Assembly (NCBI RefSeq): GCF_000025925.1
Contig: NC_014033.1
Coordinates: 3,450,001-3,482,000 of the forward strand
DNA length: 32,000 bases
Direction: 5' to 3'
From: Xylanibacter ruminicola 23
GTDB lineage: Bacteria > Bacteroidota > Bacteroidia > Bacteroidales > Bacteroidaceae
The notes under the pieces were generated by a model. That model did not search any database. It was given only the letters and a program-made list of their open reading frames with translations, and was not told the DNA's origin. The translations under genes were made by a program, and so were the position numbers. Numbering within the stretch: the first letter of the stretch is position 1; every line of letters begins with the position of its first letter. This document shows, piece after piece, positions 24,309 to 30,738 of the stretch.

Positions 24309-24962
24309 ATGGAGAATGAAAAAAAACGATTTTCAAGTGAGATAAAAGTGATAGACGAATTATTTCCAAAGGGAAAAGTCTCAATTCTGGCATCTGGTCC
24401 CGGTGTGGGCAAAACAATATTTGCTTGCAAAATAGCCAAGTGGTTAACTTATCACAGGGAACGCGTTCTTTATGTCAATATGGCGTCTGACCATATAAAT
24501 ATAGACACTTCGGATGACGATACTATTCCATGGAAATGTAGCTTATTAGACATGCCTCTTCTTTCAATAGAGGATATATCGTTTGTATTGTCAAGAAGAT
24601 ATACTTTTGACACCATTATTCTCGACTACATAGAATTGATGTATTTTGTCAAAGGTATAGAATGCTTGAAAAGGAAAGAAGAACTAAATGCTATTTGGCA
24701 TTTTCTTGACCATATTGCAAAAGAAAAGAACATTCGTGTAATAGGATTGTCCCAGTTGGAACGAGGCCGTATAGATGGAACAGAAGAGTCTTGTTTCGAT
24801 AAAGTGCTGAAATACTTAAACAGGGATTTTGTTAGGGAAAGACTTGTCGTTTTACATCGCCCTAGTTATTATGAGCCACAAGATAATAATACTGAGCAAG
24901 TACAATTAATAACGTTTAAGAATGGAATAAAAAAGGAAAACATATTAGAAAATACAAAATAG
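24309..24962 (+). CDS. DnaB-helicase C-terminal (RecA-fold) domain-only ATPase
   Basis: The Walker A motif is ILASGPGVGKTIFACKIA and the Walker B-like motif is TIILDYIELM. VIGLSQLERG matches the DnaB (A)LSQL(S/N)R motif, and VVLHRPSYYEP matches DnaB ..YRD.YY. There is no DnaB N-terminal domain, and the SDLRESG-type motif is not evident. Confidence 0.65.
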   Translation: MENEKKRFSSEIKVIDELFPKGKVSILASGPGVGKTIFACKIAKWLTYHRERVLYVNMASDHINIDTSDDDTIPWKCSLLDMPLLSIEDISFVLSRRYTFDTIILDYIELMYFVKGIECLKRKEELNAIWHFLDHIAKEKNIRVIGLSQLERGRIDGTEESCFDKVLKYLNRDFVRERLVVLHRPSYYEPQDNNTEQVQLITFKNGIKKENILENTK

Positions 24963-25034
24963 GAAAAGAAGTAATACTTACAGGCTTACAGGTTTAAGTT
25001 ACAATACAATATAAAGCGCGATACAGAAAAGCTC

Positions 25035-25074
25035 AACCTCTGCCCCAAAACGGCAGGGGTTTCTTTTATCTTTG
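25035..25074 (+). promoter_or_regulatory. Intergenic repeat class 2, copy 2 (10-bp terminator hairpin plus TATCTTTG promoter)
   Basis: aacctctgcc (25035-25044) pairs with ggcaggggtt (25052-25061). It is followed by tcttt and the -7 box at 25067-25074. Confidence 0.7.
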
Positions 25075-25082
25075 CACCATAA

Positions 25083-25493
25083 ATGAAAAATAGTATGAAC
25101 TCGAACAGAAATTCCAGAAGAAAAGATTGTCTTATAATGGTGTTGACAATCGTTATTATTACCCTCGTCGCTATCGTTTTATGTGGTTCATTAATGAGGG
25201 TACTTGAAGGACGCTTGCTATTTCAACTATTTGTTGCAGTATTGTTAAGTGTTTCCGCTACCGGTATAATAACGACTCTGTTATTATACTCACAGCGTAT
25301 ACAACATGAGGAATGGGTAAGAGCACAAATGGTGTTTTTAGAGGAACAAATCAGAGACCAACGGCTTTTTGAGTCAAAGCAAAAGCAGAAAGAAAAAGAA
25401 AGGCTTTGGGGATTTTTAAGAAAACTATGTGATATGGTTAAAGACCAGAAGATCTTACCTGAATACATCTACAAGGAATTATATAATGAATAA
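25083..25493 (+). CDS. Small membrane protein (two predicted TM helices plus a charged coiled C-terminal tail)
   Basis: The hydrophobic segments are LIMVLTIVIITLVAIVLCGSL and LFQLFVAVLLSVSATGIITTLLLY. The tail is Lys/Glu-rich (ESKQKQKEKERLW). Confidence 0.65.
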   Translation: MKNSMNSNRNSRRKDCLIMVLTIVIITLVAIVLCGSLMRVLEGRLLFQLFVAVLLSVSATGIITTLLLYSQRIQHEEWVRAQMVFLEEQIRDQRLFESKQKQKEKERLWGFLRKLCDMVKDQKILPEYIYKELYNE

Positions 25494-26532
25494 AGATATA
25501 AGAACAATTATGACTTTCAAAGAATTATTAAACAGCGTTACATTTGAGGAGGTGGCTCCCTGTCTTTTGCATTTGCATCCAGATGCAGAGGGTAATTTGA
25601 AATGGTATAAGATTCATTTCGATATGTTGCGTCAGATGACACCCAAGCATCATGATGATGCAAATAGTGATGTGTGCAATATCACAATGGAAAAGTGGAG
25701 GGAAGGTAAGATGATTCTCGATGCTCATCCAATGGAGGGTGATTTGTGGGAGCATTCACTAACAAAAGAAATCATTCTCGCTCCTGATGTTGAAGCTACA
25801 AATGCTGAATTAGCAGCTTGTTGCATCTGGCATACCTCATTCTATGGCTTTGTGGATAAGCAGGCACAGGAATGCTTAAGGTTTGACGAGGATGATTTAG
25901 ATATCAAAGACAGGTGGGACGACTCTATCTATAATAAGGTAAAAGCAATGCGGTATTTCTCCATCATTCGCAGAAATGGTGGCCATGTTCCTACTTTGAA
26001 AGAATTGCCGCAATCAAAGAAAAAGGAATTGATTAAGCAATCTAAAGAATATTTCTGGTGTATCAGTGAATCGATGAACAATACTAAAAAGAAGAGGATG
26101 TTCCGAAGAGAATTTATGGGCTACTACTACGAGCGTATGGCAGCTATCAGCAGGTTTATCGTTCAGGCAATTCCGGCATTGGGTGACGAAAGAAATAATA
26201 TGAGTATTGAACAACTCTGTGGTTTGTTTAAGTCAGACCTATTTAGCCCAGAAACAATCACATCGTATGCTGATGAGCATACGAATGGGGCAAAGTATTT
26301 CTGCGATTTACTGGAGATGGAAGATATCAATACCAGATTAGATAGAATGGTAGTGGTTCTAACAACAGGAGAATATCATAAAGAACTGACGGAAGACGAA
26401 CAACGCTTATGCAAGCTTCTTATTGGCAATTGTAAATCAAGCAACATCCTCTTGGCTACAGACCCCTCATTAGGCAGACAAGTCCGTATCGACTATGCTA
26501 CGTTTAATTTAAAATATCCATTAGTAAAATAA
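25486..26532 (+). CDS. Hypothetical protein (348 aa); the N-terminal ~120 aa are paralogous to the 21328..21723 product
   Basis: ATG 25486 overlaps the upstream stop by 8 nt. The shared motifs are listed under 21328..21723. The C-terminal ~230 aa are unrecognised. Confidence 0.65.
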   Translation: MNKDIRTIMTFKELLNSVTFEEVAPCLLHLHPDAEGNLKWYKIHFDMLRQMTPKHHDDANSDVCNITMEKWREGKMILDAHPMEGDLWEHSLTKEIILAPDVEATNAELAACCIWHTSFYGFVDKQAQECLRFDEDDLDIKDRWDDSIYNKVKAMRYFSIIRRNGGHVPTLKELPQSKKKELIKQSKEYFWCISESMNNTKKKRMFRREFMGYYYERMAAISRFIVQAIPALGDERNNMSIEQLCGLFKSDLFSPETITSYADEHTNGAKYFCDLLEMEDINTRLDRMVVVLTTGEYHKELTEDEQRLCKLLIGNCKSSNILLATDPSLGRQVRIDYATFNLKYPLVK

Positions 26533-26533
26533 T

Positions 26534-26836
26534 ATGGGAAAAAGGAAAGTGAGAAATGATGACTATATTAATAGTTTTCCAATAAGTGAGGTCTGGGGGA
26601 CTTATCACTATTTGGCACGAGAGATTGCTCCTCGATTGAAAGCTTTCAAGGCTCTTGATAAACATGGATGGCCAGAAGATTTCGAGAGCCAGGAGGATTG
26701 GAATAAGGCTATTCAGAAGATGATTGATGCTTTTGATTTGGTGAAGTACTATTCTCCGTCTTATGAAGAAGATATACGGATTGTTGAACAAGGGGTGGAA
26801 TTGTTCTGCAAGTATTATCGTGATTTGTCGGATTAA
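26534..26836 (+). CDS. Hypothetical protein (100 aa), tandem paralog A
   Basis: It starts 1 nt after the upstream stop. It shares FPI.EVW....YLA..IA.RLKAFKALDKHG....F....EWNKAIQKMIDAF.L........E.....E.G.ELFCK.YR.L.D with the next gene. Confidence 0.7.
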   Translation: MGKRKVRNDDYINSFPISEVWGTYHYLAREIAPRLKAFKALDKHGWPEDFESQEDWNKAIQKMIDAFDLVKYYSPSYEEDIRIVEQGVELFCKYYRDLSD

Positions 26837-26851
26837 CAATATTGATTCTAT

Positions 26852-27166
26852 ATGAAAAGGAAGAAGAAAGATGACTCCGCTGAGAACTGGAGTTACAAGA
26901 ATGACTTTCCAATAGAGGAAGTCTGGAACACAGACAATTATTTGGCTGGGGTGATTGCTGCTAGATTAAAAGCATTCAAAGCTCTCGACAAGCATGGCTA
27001 TTGTCCTGCGTTTAAGGGAATGGCAGAATGGAACAAGGCCATTCAGAAGATGATTGATGCATTCGAGTTACTGAAGCATATAACAACATTCAGTGAAGAA
27101 GAAGAAAAGACCATTGAGGAAGGACTTGAATTGTTCTGCAAGCATTATCGAAATTTATGGGATTAA
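26852..27166 (+). CDS. Hypothetical protein (104 aa), tandem paralog B
   Basis: See 26534..26836. RLKAFKALDKHG and NKAIQKMIDAF are identical in both copies. Confidence 0.7.
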   Translation: MKRKKKDDSAENWSYKNDFPIEEVWNTDNYLAGVIAARLKAFKALDKHGYCPAFKGMAEWNKAIQKMIDAFELLKHITTFSEEEEKTIEEGLELFCKHYRNLWD

Positions 27167-27807
27167 CTAATCGTGTTATTATGGACAACAATGTAGATGT
27201 TATAGAGAGGGAGATCTTTCTAAAATATAATGATTATCGCTGTTATAACTCTGATAATGATGTGCTTTTGTCCCTACGAAAAGGCATCATCAACAAGCAG
27301 ATTCTGGCAAATCAAAAAGAGCTATTACCTGATATTATCGCCTTTAATGATGCACTGCGTGAGGCACTTCGTGACATGTACGATCGAGCTCATCGTATCT
27401 GGGATAAGATGATAAACATCATAGATGAGGGTGATGGCGAAGAGATGGAGCTTACTGCTAAAATATATCTCGACACAGACTATCCGGCTTTGCATCCTAT
27501 ACAAGGTGATGATAGGCAGGATTTGTGGTACGCACTGTGTGATGATGATCTGAATCCTATGTATGCTGATGGCATTTCTGTGCTGACTCTGACATTCCCC
27601 AGGGATGAGGGCTATACTTTTGATACGTTCATAGGTATGGATTGCCCTCCACCTAATTGGAATGAAGGTCTTGACCCTGAGTTGACAAAGGACTTGCACC
27701 TCATCAGCCAATTCCACAATCTCTTTCAGCATATGTTGTTTGCCATTACTGATTTCATCTATGTAAGGAAGTTCAAGACGGAGATTAATATTGAAATTAT
27801 ACAGTAA
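27157..27807 (+). CDS. Hypothetical protein (216 aa; alternative start ATG 27181)
   Basis: It is the last ORF of the five-gene operon. It overlaps the upstream gene by 10 nt if the start is 27157. No family was recognised. Confidence 0.6.
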   Translation: MGLTNRVIMDNNVDVIEREIFLKYNDYRCYNSDNDVLLSLRKGIINKQILANQKELLPDIIAFNDALREALRDMYDRAHRIWDKMINIIDEGDGEEMELTAKIYLDTDYPALHPIQGDDRQDLWYALCDDDLNPMYADGISVLTLTFPRDEGYTFDTFIGMDCPPPNWNEGLDPELTKDLHLISQFHNLFQHMLFAITDFIYVRKFKTEINIEIIQ

Positions 27808-27846
27808 ATAAACAATAAATGTTTTTGGTAATTTAAAAGAAATGAT

Positions 27847-27854
27847 TACCTTTG
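27847..27854 (+). promoter_or_regulatory. Orphan -7 promoter box (TACCTTTG) with no ORF downstream
   Basis: It faces the minus-strand -7 box of the right direct repeat (28017-28024) across ~160 nt of ORF-free DNA. Confidence 0.45.
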
Positions 27855-28016
27855 CACACGAAGTTGAGTCATGAAATGGCTGGTGACCCATCTTCGGGTG
27901 CTCATTGAAAGCAATTTATAGCAGAACGTGGAATTGAGAACGGTCTCCAATCCGTAACCCAGAAAATCCTCAAATCCCCAGACTGCCTCTATTTAAAGAA
28001 ATCCTGCAAATTCTTG

Positions 28017-28112
28017 CAAAGTTACAAAAAAACCTTGTAACAGCAAAGCGATTTTGGAAGATTAACGCAATTCGGCCTAAAATAAAGGCAAGACGGGGAA
28101 GAATGAAGAAGT
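28017..28112. repeat. Right copy of the 96-nt direct repeat bracketing the AT-rich island
   Basis: See 18100-18195. It carries the same minus-strand TAACTTTG box (28017-24) and the same hairpin. Confidence 0.9.
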
Positions 28113-28351
28113 ATTTTGGATGGAAGTTTACCTAATGTGGCAAGTATAACATTAATTCCATGATTAACAAGCCTTGCAAATGATAGTTTTTGAGTAAAAA
28201 CTTGTTGTTATCAAAAAAAAGTGTGTATATTTGCACTCATGAATGCTAATGACCAGAATATCACATATACCTTTTATAAATTGGGGCCAAGTTTTATTAC
28301 GTGGTTCTATCCTTTTGCATACTATATAGGTAGAAAGAACAGATTATTGAT

Positions 28352-28359
28352 TAATTTTG
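28352..28359 (+). promoter_or_regulatory. -7 promoter box (TAATTTTG) 10 nt before the DUF1016 ATG; alternative TATATTTG at 28226-28233
   Basis: Both are TAnnTTTG matches. I cannot tell which one is used. Confidence 0.35.
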
Positions 28360-28369
28360 CAAACGCAAT

Positions 28370-29578
28370 ATGGCAACAGACAAACAGAAACTACAGATGA
28401 GTGAAGATTTTGACTCTTTGGTCAGACGTATACAGAACACGAGCGATGTCCTGCAACAAGACGCTCGATTGGTCATCAATCGGAATGTCACCACACGTGC
28501 GTGGCTGACAGGTTTTTATATTGTGGAATACGAACAGCACGGAAAGGATCGTGCAAAGTATGGCGATAAACTGCTAAAACGTTTGGCTGAACAATTAGAT
28601 GACAAAAGCTTCAGCCTTGCCAGTCTGAAGAATTATAGGCAATTCTATCTTTATTATCCTGAGATAGCACGACCTATAGCAGACTATTTACAGCATAAGA
28701 CACAAAAAAGCCAATCACTGATTAGCCTTTTTCAACAGATAGGAAATCAGAGACTTATAAAAAGCCAATCACTGATTAGCCTTTCTGATGGATTACAATC
28801 AGATATTGTTTCTGAGGATGGATTTGCTATTAAAGCGGCAAATGGGAATGTGATGGCTGCTCCTGATATGGTATTTAATAGATTATCTTTCACACATATA
28901 GCGCAGTTGATACACTTGAATGACCCTCAGAAACGAGCATTTTATGCCATCGAAGCCATGCGTGGACCATGGAGTGTGAGAGAACTTCAGCGGCAGATAG
29001 ACAGCAATTACTACGAACGTAGCGGGTGGAGTAAGAAACCAGAACTGTTGGCAAGCAAAGTCAATGACAAAATAGAGAGACCTACTTTCAGAGGAGAACT
29101 GAAATCGCATTATGTATTTGAGTTTTTAGGGCTATACGCAAAAGATACTATCGAGGAAGATGTATTGGAGCAAAGCCTCATTGACCATCTGGAAGAATTC
29201 TTGTTAGAGCTGGGCATGGGATTCTGTTTGGAGGCACGACAGAAGAAACTGCTTATCGACGATCGTTACTTCAAGGCAGACTTGGTGTTTTACCACAGGA
29301 TATTGAAATGTCACTGTATCGTGGAATTGAAAGGGCATCGTTTGGATTATGCGGATGTTGCTCAGTTGAATATGTATATAGAGTATTATCGCAAGAACTA
29401 TATGCAACCTGAAGACAATCCCCCTGTAGGTCTGCTCCTCTGCACAGAGTACGGACAAGAAATGGTTGAATACTTATCACCATTCGTGGATCCTCAGTTG
29501 TTTGTAGCACAATACGAACTTCAACTGCCCAGCAAGGAGAAGATGAAGGAATTCCTGTTGAGAGAAAACAGAGGATAA
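28370..29578 (+). CDS. DUF1016/YhcG-family PDDEXK nuclease-domain protein
   Basis: The N-terminal region has the YhcG-type pattern RAWLTGFYIVEYEQHG. LSFTHIAQLIHLNDPQKRAFYAIEAMRGPWSVRELQRQI is present. The C-terminal D...E.K nuclease core reads DLVFYHRILKCHCIVELK. Confidence 0.8.
   Translation: MATDKQKLQMSEDFDSLVRRIQNTSDVLQQDARLVINRNVTTRAWLTGFYIVEYEQHGKDRAKYGDKLLKRLAEQLDDKSFSLASLKNYRQFYLYYPEIARPIADYLQHKTQKSQSLISLFQQIGNQRLIKSQSLISLSDGLQSDIVSEDGFAIKAANGNVMAAPDMVFNRLSFTHIAQLIHLNDPQKRAFYAIEAMRGPWSVRELQRQIDSNYYERSGWSKKPELLASKVNDKIERPTFRGELKSHYVFEFLGLYAKDTIEEDVLEQSLIDHLEEFLLELGMGFCLEARQKKLLIDDRYFKADLVFYHRILKCHCIVELKGHRLDYADVAQLNMYIEYYRKNYMQPEDNPPVGLLLCTEYGQEMVEYLSPFVDPQLFVAQYELQLPSKEKMKEFLLRENRG
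28705..28784 (+). repeat. In-frame 26-nt perfect direct repeat inside the DUF1016 gene (28705-28730 and 28759-28784)
   Basis: aaaaagccaatcactgattagccttt occurs twice, 54 nt apart. This gives KSQSLISL twice in the protein. Confidence 0.85.
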
Positions 29579-29599
29579 TTTTTTTTTGAGATTTACAAG

Positions 29600-29630
29600 C
29601 CTTGCAAACGGAAATCGCTTGCAAGGTTTG
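29600..29630 (+). terminator. Intrinsic terminator after the DUF1016 gene
   Basis: ccttgcaa (29600-29607) pairs with ttgcaagg (29619-29626), followed by tttg. Confidence 0.55.
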
Positions 29631-29657
29631 TATTATGGTAATAGGACGTAATTGATC

Positions 29658-29692
29658 GTCACATTGTAACTTTGTAACAATGTAACATTAAG
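29658..29692. repeat. Right arm of the 35-nt inverted repeat (partner at 12369-12403)
   Basis: It matches the partner at 32 of 35 positions. It contains a plus-strand TAACTTTG box with no ORF within ~470 nt downstream. Confidence 0.85.
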
Positions 29693-29724
29693 GTGGTGGT
29701 AGTTTGGGTGGGGAATGGTATAAG

Positions 29725-29754
29725 AATATATAATAATTATAATTATTATATATT
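29725..29754. repeat. Perfect 30-nt A/T-only palindrome
   Basis: aatatataataattataattattatatatt is its own reverse complement. I checked this base by base. Confidence 0.9.
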
Positions 29755-30065
29755 TATAGTGGGGTAGGCTGCAATTTGGATGGGGCTTAATGTTGCAAAG
29801 TGGCAAAGTGGCGATGTGGCAACCGAAAAATGCGCATCCTGGACGTTATTGGCGAGAGGTAATCTTTGAGGGTCGAAAATTACGGCTTCGAGCATCGTAT
29901 ATTACGGCTCGTTCATTTTCATCAAATTCGTGCTGAAAATCGCGATTAAGCGAGAACAGGGTCATGCTCGCATGAATTCTGTCGAGCGTGAGCGATTTCG
30001 ATGAATTCTTCATCAAAATCGGGCCAATTGGAGGGCCGAAATTTGGAGGCGCACGAAAAATGTTG

Positions 30066-30073
30066 TACCTTTG
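30066..30073 (+). promoter_or_regulatory. -7 promoter box (TACCTTTG) for the HU-like gene
   Basis: TAnnTTTG match ~90 nt upstream of ATG 30162. Confidence 0.5.
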
Positions 30074-30161
30074 TACTCGCAAACAAGAAGCGGGAGGTCG
30101 GTCACCCGATGTAGTTGGCCGCAAAGTATCTAATACCATGTAAAACACACATTTTAAAATT

Positions 30162-30707
30162 ATGGCAAAGATTTTGTACGAAGTAAAGCAGAACACTAAC
30201 AGCGTATCGAGTGCCTTCGGCAAGTGGTTCGCAATCATCAAGAACCTGGAAACGCTGAACACACGCAAGTTGGCTGCTCACATCTCGGAGCACGGCTCTA
30301 TCTACACCCCCGACGTGGTGTACGGCGTGCTGGAGAAGTTCCGCTCGTGTCTCATCGAGATGCTGTTGGAGAGTAAGAAGGTGAAGATTGATGGCCTTGG
30401 CACATTCTACTGCACCTTGGAGAACCAGAAGAACGGCGCGGTGAAAAAGGATGAGTTTAACGTTGGCAAGCATCTGAAGGCGCTGCACATCCGATTCCTG
30501 CCCGAGCAGGCTGCCGAGGAGAATATCTCGTCGAGGGAGTTCCTGAAGAAGGCCGAGTTTATCAACGTCGAGAGTCTGTTAAAGGGTGAGTCGGATGACA
30601 AGCCAGCTGGCGGCGGTGCGAGCGGTGGAAACACCTCTGGTAGCGGCAGCGGTCAGAACACCGGCGGCAACCAGGGCGGTGGCAGCCATGAGCCCATCGG
30701 CGACTAA
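30162..30707 (+). CDS. Bacteroidales HU-family (HU_HIG-type) DNA-binding protein with a Gly-rich C-terminal tail
   Basis: The N-terminal pattern YEVKQNTNS....GKWFA...NLETLNTRKLAAHISEHGSIYT.DVV.GVL..F is typical of the Bacteroidales histone-like family. The tail reads GGGASGGNTSGSGSGQNTGGNQGGG. Confidence 0.75.
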   Translation: MAKILYEVKQNTNSVSSAFGKWFAIIKNLETLNTRKLAAHISEHGSIYTPDVVYGVLEKFRSCLIEMLLESKKVKIDGLGTFYCTLENQKNGAVKKDEFNVGKHLKALHIRFLPEQAAEENISSREFLKKAEFINVESLLKGESDDKPAGGGASGGNTSGSGSGQNTGGNQGGGSHEPIGD

Positions 30708-30738
30708 GGGCTGGGGCGAAAGCCCCACCCAACTTTAA

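Noticed and set aside
27325-27891. 188-aa minus-strand ORF
   Set aside because: It is antisense to the last gene of the five-gene plus-strand operon. It arises in AT-rich DNA where stop-free antisense frames occur, and it has no promoter box or motif.
28240-28398. ~52-aa plus-strand ORF (MNANDQNITYTFYKLG...) upstream of and overlapping the DUF1016 start
   Set aside because: It overlaps the promoter boxes and the start of the well-supported DUF1016 gene in another frame. There is no supporting signal.
29846-30634. Minus-strand ORFs of 140, 128 and 75 aa around and opposite the HU-like gene
   Set aside because: Two are antisense to the HU CDS. The 140-aa ORF covers the HU promoter and 5' UTR. 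None has recognisable motifs or a promoter box.
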